DNA of 64,000 bases, taken from Camelus ferus (lineage: Eukaryota). Below, in pieces: positions 49,330 to 63,203 of the stretch (its first letter is position 1; the number at the start of each line of letters is the position of its first letter). Both the position numbers and the translations under genes were made by a program. The notes under the pieces were generated by a model that ran no database searches, was not told the DNA's origin, and saw nothing but the letters and a program-made list of their open reading frames with translations. The DNA is taken from positions 90,832,001-90,896,000 of the forward strand of contig NC_045697.1 of assembly GCF_009834535.1 (NCBI RefSeq). The letters run 5' to 3'.

Positions 49330-52300
49330 TTGGCTGTACATCTGGTTGTGCTAGACTAGGTAATTCATATCAGCCCTTCTGCTGAGAAGAACTATAAAAG
49401 TAGGTTTAAAAATCCACATGAAGGCACACTGGCACTAACAAGACAGTAAAGAATCATGTGGTCAAAATTTGGAAGAAGGAAATCTAAAGAAATAAGACTG
49501 GCGTTCAAGTCTGCACTTCCCTTAGAGGCATCTGCCAGTTCCAGAAGAAGCAACTGAGAAACTTAAAAGAAATTTTCTGAAAAACTCATGGGCTTAGAGT
49601 TCAGAAACTAGAGGGGGACATCTAGTAAGCCTTCCAGGCTTTGGGAACTCTAAAGTCCTATATCCTAGAATATTAGGGTGAACTTAAAAAGATGTGATCT
49701 CAGTAGGGAAAGCTGCTTCTTTTTAAATTTTATTTATTTATTTTTGTCTTGAAGTAGTGTAAGCTTCTAATCATTTTAATTCCTCATTGGATCAACAGGC
49801 TGATGTGTGTAGCTACTTAATTGAAGCAAACACAATTTCTTTCTGGAGTAAAATACCATCCTAAGCCTCAGATTTTCAGTAATAGTGTGTGGCCCTCAAA
49901 AAATAATTAGGCATACAAGAAGACAAGATGGGAAAAAAAAAAAAAGGAACAACAAAAAATAGAGACAGATGCATAGAAATCCAGATAAGAGTTATAAAAT
50001 TCACTTTAAATTTGTTGCTGTTAATATGCATTTTTAAAAAGATAAAATGGAGAATTTCATAAAAGAAATGAAAATTTTAAAAATGAATTTAATTGAAATT
50101 CCAGAAATGAAAAATGTAACTCTGTGGAGTGAATTAATTTAACAGTAGAAAAATACAGCTGAATACAGAATTACTGTGATGAGTCAAAAAAACCCCCCAA
50201 AAATCCAGATTGAAGCATGGAGCAAAAAAAGATGGAAAATACAGAAAAGAGTGTTAGAAGTAGGAGATACAGTCAAAAGCTCAAACATACATTTGATTGG
50301 ATTCTCAGAAGAGAGGAGGAGAGGATAAGGCAGAAGTACTATTTGAAGAGATTATGGCTGACATTTTACCAAAACTGATGAAACATATAGTGAGGGATAA
50401 ATTCAAGAAGTCCTAAAAACTCCAAAGAATATAAATACAAAGAAAACCACATCAAGGCCATAATTTAAAATTGCTGACAACAAATAACAAAAGCCAGAGA
50501 AAAAAGACAGATTTCTTTAAAAGCATCAATAGTAAGACTTACAGCTAACTTCTCAGCAGAAATAATGGAAGCCAGGAGACAATGGGATGGTATAATCACA
50601 GTACTGGAAGAGAACTAATGTTAGGAAATAAAGATAAACAAATCATTGAATAATACATTTAAAATAAGTGAGTTTTATGGTTTGTAAATTATATCTCAGT
50701 TAAGCTATTTAAAAATGAAATAGCCATCAGACATACAAAAACTGAGAAAATTTATTTTCAGCAGATATGTGTTAAAGAAATACTAAGGGAAGTTTTTTAG
50801 GCAAAGAAAAATGATTCCAGAAAGAAGTTGAAGGTACATAAAGGAATGAAGAGCAATGGAAAGGGTAAATATGTGTAGATTTAAATAAATAGGGACACTA
50901 ACCACAACAAAGTTGGTGTAACTCTATTGATAAAGTATATTTTTAAGGCAAAAAGAATTATTCAAGATAAAAAGGGACATTTCATAACCATAAAACATTT
51001 AGTTGCCCCAGAAAATATATTAGTTTTGTATACATTTAGTAACATAGCCTTAAAATATATAAGACAAAAATTGACAGGTGCAAATAGTCAAATTTATAAT
51101 CATAGGGAAGATTTTAATAAATGTTATCAAGAAAAATGCAAGATACAGCAAGCAGATGAAAAACTCACTAAGGATGTACAAAATGTGACCAACATAGTTA
51201 ACAAACTTTGCTTAATTGACAAATGAAATACTACATCCAACATCTGCAGAATTCACATTCTTTTCAAGTGCACATTGACCCTTATCTCATACCATACACA
51301 AAAAGTCAGTTCTAGATATATTGTAGTTCTAAATGAAAATTCAAAATAATAAAACTTACAGATTAAGGTACTAACTCCATGATCTTTTAGAACAGAAAGA
51401 TTTATTAAACAGGAAATAACACAATGAAGGAAATGATAGATAAAATATACTACATTAAAAAGAAGGTTTTCACCAAAAGACACCATAAGCGTGAAAAGAC
51501 AAGTTACAGAGTGGAAAAAGGCATTTACAACATTTTATAGAGAGCTCTTACAAATCAAGGAGAAAGACAAGTCTATAGAAAAATGAGCAACAGAAATAAT
51601 CACTTCCCTAAAAAGCTATCCAAATAAAATATACTAAAAGTTTTCATCATTATTAGTAATCTGAGATATGTAAATTAAAACCCCAATGAGGTAACACACC
51701 TATCAGTGCCTACATATTTAAATTTTTCAAATTTTTGAGATAATTACAGATTTAGGGGAAATTGGAAAAATAGTACAGAGAGGTCCAGTGTAGTCTTCAC
51801 CAAGAGCCCTCCAAAGTTATATCTTAAAATTAAAATACAATATTAAAACCAGGAAATTGACATTTATTTTATATGTATGTGTATAGTTCTATGTCATTTT
51901 CTCATATGTAGATTCACATAACTACCATTAAAGTCAAGACACTGAATTGTTTTATCACCACCAGTATCTCCCTTGTGCTATTAAACTCACATCCACCTGC
52001 CTGCCCTCTGTTTCTCATCTGGTAGCCACTCTATAATGTCATTTTCGGAATGTTTTATCAGTGGAATCATACAGCATGTTACCCTTTAAGACTGATATTT
52101 TTAAATCATAATGCCCTTGAGGTCCACCAGAGTTGTTGTGTACATCTGTAGTTTTGTCCTTTTCAAAAAGACTCAGTTTTTAAAAACTGGCAATACCAAG
52201 TGTTGATGAGAATGTAGAGCAATAGGAACTTTAATATACTACTAATGGGAATGTAGTTAGGTACAACCACTCTGAAAAAGTATTTGCTATTTTCTACTAA

Positions 52301-53050
52301 GGTTGAAATGTACTCCCTGATTCAGCAACTCCAGTCCTAGTAAATACTCAATAAAAATGTATGTCTGTTAACCAAAATTATTGATTTGGGAAGACATATT
52401 TACAGCAACATTATTTATAATAGCTGTAATCTGGAAAGGACCTGAATGCTTATCAATAGTAGAATGGATTTTTTTTAATTGTGATTTGATCATACAGTAG
52501 AATACCATAGAGCAAGGATGGACAAACTTTTTTTTGTAAAGAGCTACATTATAAATATTTTAGGCTTTATGGATCATACATTAACTGTGGCAACTACTCA
52601 ACTCTGCAGTAGCAGTGAAGCAACCATATGCAATATGTAAACAAGTGGATGCAGTTTTGTTCCAGTAAAACCATTTACAGAAACAAATTTTGGCCTTTGC
52701 TGACCTCTGCTATAGAGCCACAAACTATAGATGAATTTCAGGAAGATAAGTTTCCATGAAAGAAGCCATACGTTATGATTTTTTTTTATAAAGTTCAAAA
52801 ACGGAAAATGAATCTATAGAATTGAAATCAGCATATTGCTTATCTTTAGGAAGAAAGAGAGGGTAGTGACAGGAGCATGAGTACTTCTAGGATGCTAGCA
52901 ATTCTATCTTTACCTGAATGGTGGTTCTGTAGGTCTGTTCACTTTTGACTACTCATTGAGATAGATGCTTATGATTTATGCACTTCTCTAGGTGTGTGTA
53001 CGTATATGTATGTTTGTGTGTTATACCTTAATTAGATTAAAAAGTTAAAT
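49330..53050 (+). mobile_element. Long degraded L1ME-like element (5' region, ORF1, ORF2 remnants, 3' end) with nested inserts
   Basis: ORF 50927-51226 (FKAKRIIQDKKGHFITIK...ALKYIRQKLT) resembles the L1 endonuclease domain; ORF1 motif acagctaacttctcagcagaaataatggaagccagg. Confidence 0.8.
52513..52709 (+). mobile_element. MER58A (hAT-Charlie) nested in L1
   Basis: caaactttttttttgtaaag...taaatattttaggcttt...gcaactactcaactctgc...tttgctgacctctg; 8-bp TSD ccatagag / ctatagag. Confidence 0.88.
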
Positions 53051-54622
53051 TTAATAAAAGGAAACATTATTTGTGTTTCCATCAGGATAGAATTGTGTTT
53101 CTTCTTCTCTGGCATATGATAAATGTACAATAAATGTTTTTTGAAGTTGGAGGTGCTAATAGCAAGCTCTATAAAGGACAGTGACAAGTAATGATTCTGA
53201 ATTAGCTTGAAGAGCTTATTAAAGACTTTGGGGAAAGCAATTTTGGTATGGGGCAAGAGCTGAAGTAATCATTTAAGGCATTTTCATGAGAAGATAATAA
53301 ATCCTCATTTAAAGGCTAATGGGATCTAATAAATGGTGTGAGCTGACAAGTAATTATTTATGCTAAAGACAGAAGGAAAAGATTTTTTGGTTAGCTATTA
53401 AGAGCAAGGTACCATAACTATTTTGTAATGATGGTGTTTAATTTGGTTCACCTAACAAATACTTTTTTGTTTTTCTAACCTGCTTATACCCTTTTTGGAT
53501 GTTACTCTGTGTAGGGTCATGGACCCATTAACACTGAGTTATGTCCATGATACACAGTTTACCAAAGAAAACCTCTAAGATGTAGTAGAGTGCAAGCAAT
53601 CTCTCAAGCTCTTTTTTTTTTATACCATAGCTTACACCAGGCATAGATGGTCTTTATGCACTAAGGCCAAACAACATTTCAGTAGAGAATGGCCTCCACT
53701 TCTGTAATGCTTTACATATGTGTAGGTCAGGGCAGGAAATGTCTAAGTGACTATGTAACAATAGTTTAGAAAGGGGATGCTTTAGGAACTCCCGGGGTAT
53801 GGATGGGCCCATTTTTCCTTTGAGCTAACAACTCAGACCTGCTGAGCATCCTTGCTGCCAAGCTTGTAAAAGGTTTAGAAATGAATCTTCCAGAGTCATC
53901 TAGATTTATCTTTTGTCACATGTTTCCCGTTACTACAAAATAAGGTAGAAACTTCTTGGCTTAGTATTAAAGATCTTCTAGTAGCTTTCTCCAACTTATC
54001 AGGACTTTTTGCCACTGATTCTACAGAAACTTTCTCTCACTGAATTATCTTTCAATAAATAATTGCTTATTCCAAGCTTCTCATCTTTGCTCACATTACT
54101 GAAAATTTAGGATACTTTTCCCTTTCTCTAAATTGTCATCATTAGGAGCTACTTTTGTCCCATCCCTTCTGTGATGCCTCCCTTATGAGAATTGAGAAGA
54201 TCTCAATTCTTATACCAAAGAGTATCACTATTCATACACTAATATTTTTATGTGTACATTTCTTTTCATTTAACTTGTACACTTCTTAAGGGTAGGGAAC
54301 ATGTATTAGATTACTTTGTAGCCTATTCTGTAGTATTCTAGTGATCTTATGTGTAAATACTCAACAAATAATGATAAGAATGTATGTTCTTATAATGTAT
54401 AACTATAAAATATTCATTATATTTTAGGGTTCTCAAGCTTGTTTTAACTGAATACTAATTGTTATTAAGTATAATGCGTTATTCTTTATTAGAACATCTT
54501 CTTTTATTCTGTTGCAATTAATCCATGTTTTTAAAACTCATTTTTTGAGATTGGTATCAATTGTTGTCTGTTGGTTACTCTGTTAGCCAGTTTAGTAATT
54601 AGATTCCTTCATTCTACTTCAG

Positions 54623-54746
54623 CAAGAAGTTGAGAACTTTAAGAAGCTAAATCTCATTAGTAAAGAGCAGTTTGAAAACTTAACACCTGAACTTCCTTTT
54701 GAGCCAAACCAAGAAGTTCCTGTAACACCTTCACAGTCCAGGCAAG
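54623..54746 (+). CDS. LARP1B: LARP1B exon (QEVENFKKLNLISKEQFENLTPELPFEPNQEVPVTPSQSRQ)
   Basis: Acceptor ttctacttcag|CAA, donor G|gtatgt; 124 nt; follows a 29,288-nt intron. Confidence 0.95.
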
Positions 54747-55309
54747 GTATGTAAATCTGCTTTTGTGTAAGTGTCTGAATAGTATTAAGCAGTTCCAAAT
54801 TGTTTTTAAAGTTTGCTCTTTTGTATTTGTGGAAAACATTTAGGTATCTGGTAAAAGACTTGAAATTTTAGAACTCAGCATTTTTTTAATCCTTAGGTGA
54901 ACTTCAGAACATTTTAGAGACTTAAAAGTACAAATTGTAAAAGGACAAAGTTTGAATCCCACCTTACCCTTGGTGAATAGGCAAGTAGTTACAAAGGTGA
55001 TCTAAAAGTTGTCTGCTCTAACATCAGATCATGCTAAAACCCAAACACTTACTTGAAAGTATACAGAATTGGTTGGTTCTTTATGTGTCTCATTTGATTT
55101 TTGAGATTGCTGGGAATGCTTCTCTTCTCTAAATAAGGAAAATTTTTCACTGACCTGATTCCTTAAAATATACCACTAGCATCATTCTTTTGTTTTAAGG
55201 CCTTAGCTTTGTGTGAAAATGTATATACATTTAGGAGATTCGTAAATTGAATCTGACATTTTCAGGCAAGTGTAACTAATTTTGTTACAGGCTTTGGTGA
55301 AGGCAGATT

Positions 55310-56070
55310 AAAGAAAAACTTAATTTGAGTAACTTCAGACATACACAAAACCAGAGCAAATTGTATAATGAAACCCTATGTATTCATTACCCATTAGCTA
55401 CTTAATCATCTTAGAGCCAATTTTATCTCATCTCAACTCCACTCATTCTCTTTACCTCCCACTGGATTATTTTGAAGCAAACTCCTAATCATATTATTCA
55501 TGTTTTTTCATGAATATGTGTTTTTAAAAGATAAGAACTATCTACTTTAACACATAAATAACACAGAGTACCATTATCACATCTAAAATTAACTAATTCC
55601 TTAATATAAAATAGTTTTCAAATTTCCTCATTCATCACTTAAAAAAAAAAATCAGGATCCATATAAGTTCCAAACACTGCAATAGGTTGATATGTCTCTT
55701 TTAGTCTATAGATTCACACTGTGTCCTTTTTCCTTCCATATTACTGTTGTAGAAATGAGATTGTTTGTCCTGTAGAATTTCTCACAGTCTGGATTTTTCT
55801 GATTACATCTCCATGGTTTTACTCAATCACTTTTCTGGCCCTGAATTTTCTTTAACTGTGATTTTGATACCAAGGCTTGATCTGATTCAGGCTCAAAGTT
55901 TTGCAAGAATATGTCATATGTAGTATGAATACTTACACTAGGAGGCACATAATGCTTGACTGTCTCTCTTTTTGTGGTATTGGTAGCCACTGATAATCAC
56001 TGCTTGGAACTTTTATTTCACAAGTGGCTGCAAAATGGTTATAATTCTGTTTTCGTCACTGCTTCTGAAT
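55310..56070 (-). mobile_element. L1MC-type 3' end
   Basis: tggattattttgaagcaaa, aatcaggatcca, ttgtttgtcctgtagaatttctcacagtctggatttt, aggaggcacataatg. Confidence 0.7.
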
Positions 56071-56079
56071 TTAGTAGAC

Positions 56080-56592
56080 AGAAAAAGAAACAATGCTATT
56101 TACCATTGCATCAAAAAAAGTAAAATACCTAGGAATAAACCTACTTATGGAGGTAAAAGACTTGAAAAACTGTAAGACACTGATAAGAGAAATTGAAGAC
56201 TACACAAATAGATGGATAGAATACTAAGTGAAGTAAGTTAGAGAAAGACAAATACTATATGATATAACTTATATGTGGAATCTAAAAAGTACAGATAACT
56301 AGTGAATGTAACAAAAAAGAAACAGACTCACAGATATAGAGAATAAACTGGTAGTTACCAGTGGAGAGAGGGAAGGTGGGAGAGACAGTATCAGGGTAGG
56401 AAAGTAAGAGGTACAAATTACTAGGTATAAAATAAGCTATAAGGATAAGGATATACTGTATAGCATGGGGAATATAACCAATATTTTATAAAAGCTGTAA
56501 ATGGAGTATGACCTTTAAAAATTGTGAATCACTATATTGTACACCTGTAATTTATATATTGTACATCAACTATAACTCAATTTTAAAAAAGA
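56080..56592 (+). mobile_element. L1 fragment: RT-region piece joined to 3' end
   Basis: aaaatacctaggaataaacct...aaattgaaga..acacaaatagatgga abuts actaagtgaagtaagt.agagaaagacaaatac and a 3'UTR with A-tail. Confidence 0.8.
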
Positions 56593-57839
56593 AAATTATC
56601 ACTATGATCTCACAAATATGTTAGATGGGTTTTACTCAGTAGTTTTTGATACTTAGTTTATTGACTTTTAACTCCAAATCCACCTTTCTTTACTTTGTTC
56701 TGTAGTAGTGGAGTTGGACTCAGCTTTCTCGTTTGCCAGCTGGCTCCATGTTAAGCTTTGTCAGTACTCCAGTTACTGCTGAGTTGGTCAGTGCTTCTAG
56801 GCCTTTTCAATTGAAAGAGCTTGGAAATTATTCTAAGGAAAAATACATTATAAATTTATGTTTATATTTTTTGTTCAAATTTAGGATTAAAGGTTTTAAC
56901 TTTAATTTGTTAGATTTAATGTTTTTATCACCTTTTACACATGAAAAAAAACTTTGTTCCTGACCAGTCACAGAATTATTTGTTTATGCTATGATATAAT
57001 AGTCTCAGGATAACAATACTATGAAATAATATTACTATGAATACTAAAATTGATTAAACTTTTTAAAACTTCATACTTTTAAACTTTTAAAAATTCTCAA
57101 GTGTATTCTGCTAAGGATTTTCAGTCTGCTTACAAGATTTTTTTGTGTTGTTTAAGTACATAAAATTGGTAATGTATGCTCCTCACATCATAGAATTAAA
57201 GACCCAAGAGATGAATTTTATTTTATTTATTTATTTTAATTCCCAGCGATCCACTTTTAACTTAATAAATGAGGCCATACAATACAGTGTATTTAAAATC
57301 CAGTGACTCAAAGTGATTTAAAGTTATTGTTGAAATCAGAGTTAGTATATTTTTTCATGATAAAAGGAGAAAGTGATCACATTTTAAATAAACGAAGATT
57401 TCAAATTAGCATCTTTATTTAGTTTTAAACCTTGTAAGAATTATTAAAGAAATATGCAAAGTCTTTGAATAAACTACAAATTAAACTCTGTTCCCCTGAT
57501 AATCTCAATCAGTTTTACTGCTAACTGGGCAGATAAATTGCTCTGTGCAAAGGGAAAAAAAAAAAAAAAAAGAGCACTTCATTTCAAAGGAAAAGAATCA
57601 AAGGATACGTTTCACAGCTATAAAAATAAATATGATTTATTTAAAAATGGAGCCTTCTTAAAGACAGCGGTCTGGTCAACCATCAGCAACTTCCATTGCC
57701 AAAAAGTAATTATTCTCCCATATGCACATTTTGGATTGTGCCGTATCTACCATTTTCCATCTTGCTCATTTTACTTAATGTCATCATATCATGGGCACTT
57801 TCTCAAGTTGTAAATCCCAAAGAAATGAATTTTACAATG

Positions 57840-58098
57840 CATAAAATTAACAAATAATTAGAGGGAAGGGGTAGGGAAATAGATATGCGATTAAGAGATA
57901 CAAACTACTATATATAGAATAGATAAGCAACAAGCATGTAGTATACAATACAGGGAAATAAAGGCATTGTTTTGTAGTAACTTTAAATGGAGTATAACGT
58001 ATAAAAATATTGAATCACTGTGTTGTACACCTGAAACTAATATAATATTGTAAATCAACTTTACTTTGATTTTTAAAAAAATCAATGTAAAAAAAAGA
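57840..58098 (+). mobile_element. L1 3' tail
   Basis: gagatacaaactactatatata...gaatcactgtgttgtacacctgaaactaatataatattgtaaatcaact + A-tail. Confidence 0.85.
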
Positions 58099-59229
58099 TT
58101 AAGATCAGTAGAAAAAGTAGTAAAACATGAACTGGAACTTCACATAGAGGGAAAAAAACTCTATGGCCAGTTAATATGAAAAGATACTACTTACCGAGAT
58201 TTGCCAATTAAAATCACAATGACATACCATCTTATAACCTAACAGTTTCACTTTGAGATACTCTTGCAAATGCTCACCAAAGGGAACATTTATAGCAAAA
58301 TTGTTTATAATATAAAAAACAAATGAAAAATTTTAAATGCCTGTTTATAGTAGAATATAAGATGTAGTATAAAGGAAACACATGTTAAGGAAAAATATGC
58401 AGCAGTGGAAAATGAAAGAACTAAAGCTACATGTGACAAAATGGTTTAATCTTAAAAGTAGAGGATGTGTAAAATAAGGAGTTCAGTCAATTTAATTCCA
58501 TCGTATATAACTCATGGGTACATGCATAGCACATAGAAATCATGAAGACCAAGGGAAATTAATAAAGAAATTTTATATAATGGTTTACTCCTGAGAGAAG
58601 GGAGGAATCCCATTTGAAAGATCTGCACATGGGTTTGCCTGCATCTGGAATTTATATATTGGTCTAATTGGTGGGTTTGTGGGTACCAGCTCTGTGTTCC
58701 TTTAAAATTTTGCCTTCCTGGGTTATAAATGATTAAGCTCTGTTAAGTGAAGTCTCAGGTATTTACCAAAAGATTTTTTTTTGAATAATGTTTTTGGAAA
58801 GCTTGAATTTTTTCCATATTTAATTTCTTGTTCTCATTTTCATTTCTAAATCAATTCTGTTTTAAAATGTATATGTGCATTTGTTAATCTTTGTGTTCTA
58901 TAATCTCTAATTTTTAAAAATAAGAACAGAAAAAAATAAGCAAAAATTAAGAAGATAGAAATCAATATAATATATTGCTGTGATAAGAAATGCTGAATAG
59001 ATTAACTCTCAGAAAAACAATTATGGACTGGATTTAAAGACAATTCAACTCTATACTGTTTGTATGTCATAAGTATGCAGAAAGATTTAAAGGTGAAAGA
59101 TTGGGAAATGCTATAAAACAATACTAATAACAAAGAACTCATATTGCTATTACAAAATAGAATTTAAGGCAAAAATAAGGTGTTTGTTTTTTACTGCCTT
59201 TAATATCTGTCTTCCTGTTTATCCCTGAT

Positions 59230-60030
59230 ACCTTGTTCAAGCAAGCTTCTGCCCCTCACACTGCAAATCTGGTCTCCTCCTCAACCCTGGCAAATTAGCT
59301 TTTGATAGTGACTCTGGAGATCTCTGTGTTTAAGAAGGATCACATCAATCCTCCTCTTCCCTAACATCAGCATTAGATCAATCATTCTGTCTTGAAACAC
59401 ATTTCTTCTTCTTTGACCCTGTTAGTTCTTATTCTACTTCATGAATCGTATTTGCTAGTTCTTCCTTTTTCCCCATTTCTCCAAGCTTTGGATGCTTTAG
59501 GATTTTTTAGTCTTCAAATTTCTTATCTTTCTGATCCTCAGTGACTTCTAAGTAATAATATTTAGTTTCATTGGTTTAAATAGTATCTTTATACTAATGA
59601 GTGTCAAATTTATATGTACAGACTCCATCCTGTATTCCATATAAATAACCAACTGTGTAGTCAACAGTTTCACTTAATATTTTATAAACATGTCATACTT
59701 CTTAAGTCCAAAATCCAGAGTCTGAATTCCCACCCCTTTCCAAGGACTTCTTCCAGACTTCCACATCTCTGTAAATATTAGCTCCATCTTTCTACTTCTA
59801 CAGGTGAAAAAAATCTTGGTGTCATCTTTGATCCGTCTCTTTTTCAACCTCTGTTTCTTATTTCTTAGCAGATTATATCCATAACCCTTTAAAATATATC
59901 CAGACCCTAACTACTTCTCACTTTCTCTATCACCCTGCAAAAGCCACCATCATTTTCCCATTGGTTAATTATAAAAGCTCCTAATGTGTCTCCTTCCTTT
60001 CATTCTGACTACCTTATAAGAATCCAGAGT
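59230..60030. mobile_element. L2 fragments
   Basis: aaaaaatcttggtgtcatctttga...tttaaaatatatccaga...aagccaccatcatttt. Confidence 0.6.
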
Positions 60031-60039
60031 TATCTTTTT

Positions 60040-63000
60040 TATTTCCTTTTTTTAAAAGAATTAAGCTATAATTTATATTCATTAAGTTTCACACTTTTTG
60101 CATGTATAGTTTTGGGAATTTTAACAGATATGTATAATCATGTAGTTACCACCTACTCAAATTACAGCACAGTTCCATTACTTCCCCCAGATTCTCCCTT
60201 GCCTCTTTGTAGTCAACCCCTGTTTTCTATTTTCTACCCTTATATTTTTGCCTTTACCAGAATATCATACAAATGGAATCATATATAGCCTTTTCTCTGG
60301 CTTCATTTAGCATAATGCATTTGAGATTCATCCATACTTTTGTGTGTTGTTTGTTCCTTTTTATTGGTAAGTAATATTCCATTACATGGATGTAAGCAGT
60401 TTATCATTAGTTGAAGGACATGGGGTTGTTTTCAGTTCTTCGTGATTATGAACAAAGACGCTATAAATATTTGCTTACAGGTTTTGTTGAGAATATAAGT
60501 TTTCATTTCACTTGGGTAAATACTTAGAGTGGGATTGCTAGGTCATGTGGTAAATGTATGTTTAACTTTATAAGAAACTTCCTAACAGTTTTCCAAAGTG
60601 GCTGTGTCATTTTGCATTACCATCAGCAATGTATGAGGATTCTAGTTGCTCCATATTCTCACCAGCACTTGGTATCATAAGTTTGTTTGTTTTTTTTGTT
60701 TGTTTTGTTTTGTTTTTGTATTCTAATAGGTATGTAGTAGTATTTCATTGTGACTGATGATGTGGAGCATCTTTTCATGTGCTTATTTGACATGAGTGTA
60801 TCTTTGGTGGAGTGACTGCTCAAGTATTTTGACTTTTTTATTGAGTTGTTTTCTTACTGAGCTCTAAGAATTCTTTATTCTGGATACAAGTCTTTATTAC
60901 ATATGTAATTTGCACATATCTTCTCCCTATATGGAGATTATCTTTTCATTTTTTGTGTGCCTTTTAAAAAGCAGAGCTTCTTATTTTTAATGATCGGCAA
61001 TTATTTATTTTTTTTAATTTTAATGGTTTATGCTTTTGGTGTCCATGTAAGAAATCTTTGCCTAATCCAAAATTCAAAGATTTCTATTAGAGGCTTTATA
61101 TTTTTATCTTTTACCTAATTCAGGTTTCTATTCAATTTTGAGTTAATTTTTTTCTTATTGGTATATGATAGAAGTATGGATATGGATATCCCGTGATTTC
61201 AGCACCATTTGTTGGGAAGTCTATTCATTCTCCATTGAATTGCCTTTTAGTGTTTGATCAAAACCAACTAACTATGTGTATATATCTAATTTTGGACTCA
61301 ATATTCTTCTCATCTTATCTCTGTTTATCCCTTTGCTGCTAGCACAACTTGATAACTGTAATCTTAAAATCAGTATGTCCTCCACCTTTTTTCTTTTTTT
61401 CCAAAATTGTTTTAGCTATTCTAGTTTTTTTGCTTTTTCATATAAGTTATAGAATTACCTTACTGATGTCTATAAAAACTCCAGCTGGTATTTTGATTGA
61501 AACTGCATTGAATCTACAGATTATTTGGGGAAGAATTAAAATGTTAACAGTATTGAATCTTCTAATCCATGAATATGGTATACTTCTCCATTTAAGTCTT
61601 TTTTGTTCTTCAGTGTTTTACAGTTTTTGGTGTATTTTGTACACATTTTGTTACCTATATCCCTAAGTATATTATGGTTTTGGTGCTGTTGTAAATGGTG
61701 CTTTAAAATTTTTACTCTCCAGTTGTTTATTGCTATTATATAGAAATAAGATTGATTTTTATATTATTCTTTGTGATGTTAATTTTATCTGTCAACTTAA
61801 CTGGATCAAAGGATGCCCAGATATCTTGTTTAAAAATTACTTCTGGCTGTTGCTGCATGAGATTAATATCTGAATTGGTGAGCTTGGTAAAGTAGATTGC
61901 CATCCTCAGTGTGGGTAGGCATCATCCAATCCACTGAGGGCCTAAATAGAACAAAAATACAGAGGAAGGAGGAATTTACTCCTTTTTTGCTGTCTCATTG
62001 TTTGAGCTGGGACATCACATCTCATCTCGGACTGGTATTTATATCATCGACTCCTCTAGGTCTCAGACCTTTGGACTCAGGCTGAATTACACCACTGGCT
62101 TTCCTAAGTTTCCAGCTTACAGATGGCAGATCATGGGACATCACATCCTCCATAATCTTGTAAGCCAATTCCTCATATTAAATCTACTTTTATATATCCT
62201 ATTGATTCTTTTACTCTGGAGAATCCTGACTAACACAGCCTTATATCCTGTGACATTGATAAATTTACTAGTAGTAGTTCTTACAGCTTTTTAATAGATT
62301 CTTTGATATAGTCTACACTGATATATTTCTACACAATCATGTTGTCTATGACTAGATGCAGTTCTTTTTCTTACTTTTCTATTTTCTTTTCTTCCTTTAT
62401 TGTGTTGGTTGGGACCTCCAACATGATGTGAATAGAAGTTATAAGATATAACACCCTTGCCTTGTTACTTTTTGTTCCTAATTTTCGGGGGAAAGCATTC
62501 AGTCTTTCACCATTAAGTATGATACCAGTTGTAGGTTTTCCATAGATTCTTTTTATTAGGTTGAGGAAGTCCCCTTTTATTTCTAGTGTGCTGAGAGTTT
62601 TGAATCATGAATTGATGCTGATTTTTTTTTCAGTCTTTTTTCTGGGTCTTTTGAAATGATTATACGGTTTGTTTTAATTAGTTTATTTATATTGTAAATT
62701 ACTTGATTTGTTTTCAAATGTTGAATTAGTCTGTGATTCCCAGGATAAACTTCATTTAATAGTGACATAGTATCCTCTTTATACATTATTAGATTTAGTT
62801 TGCCTTTTTCTTCTAAGATTTTATACTATATTCATGAGGAATTTCGGTTTGTATTTTCTTGGATTATCTTTGTTTGGTTTTGGTATTGGGGAATCTTGCC
62901 TCATAACTGAGATGGTAAGTGTTCCTTCCTTTTCTATATTTTGGAAGAGTTTGTATAGAATTGTTATTATTGATTCCTTAAAGGAATGGTAGGATTTGCC

Positions 63001-63200
63001 AGTGAAGCTGTGTGGGCTTGGAATTGTTGGAATGATCTTAAATACAAATTAAATTTTTTAATAGATATAAGACTATTTAGATAATCTAGGTTATCTTAAG
63101 TTAGCTTTTGTACTTTGTATGCAAAGAATTTGTGCATTTTATGAGTGTTTTTTGATGATATTCCCTTTTTATTCTTATAATGTTTGTAGGGTCTATAGAG
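60040..63200 (-). mobile_element. L1 (L1MB-like) ORF2 and 3' end, interrupted by an MLT2 LTR
   Basis: Continuous antisense L1 motifs (cttgggtaaatacttagagtgggattgct, cagcaccatttgttg, gggaaagcattcagtctttcaccattaagtatgat); ORF 62583-62786(-) is a degenerate RT remnant. Confidence 0.88.
61772..62237 (+). mobile_element. MLT2B-type (ERVL) solo LTR
   Basis: TG...CA termini; tgtgatgttaattttatctgtcaactt, ggcatcatccaatccactgagggcct, ctctggagaatcctgactaacaca. Confidence 0.9.
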
Positions 63201-63203
63201 ATA

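Larger units (their letters stand above)
276..54746 (+). other. LARP1B: LARP1B gene, partial (9 internal coding exons; start exon and DM15 exons outside window)
   Basis: Exon phases chain correctly (0-1-1-1-2-0-1-0-0-1) into 1606 nt with no stop. The peptide matches the LARP1B sequence as I recall it, including the La motif (KRQIEYYFS...RDFFLR) and PAM2-like FSQLIDCPEFVPG. Confidence 0.96.

Noticed and set aside
276..54746. LARP1 rather than LARP1B, or a pseudogene
   Set aside because: Diagnostic peptides match LARP1B as recalled; introns are present, splice sites are canonical and the frame is open.
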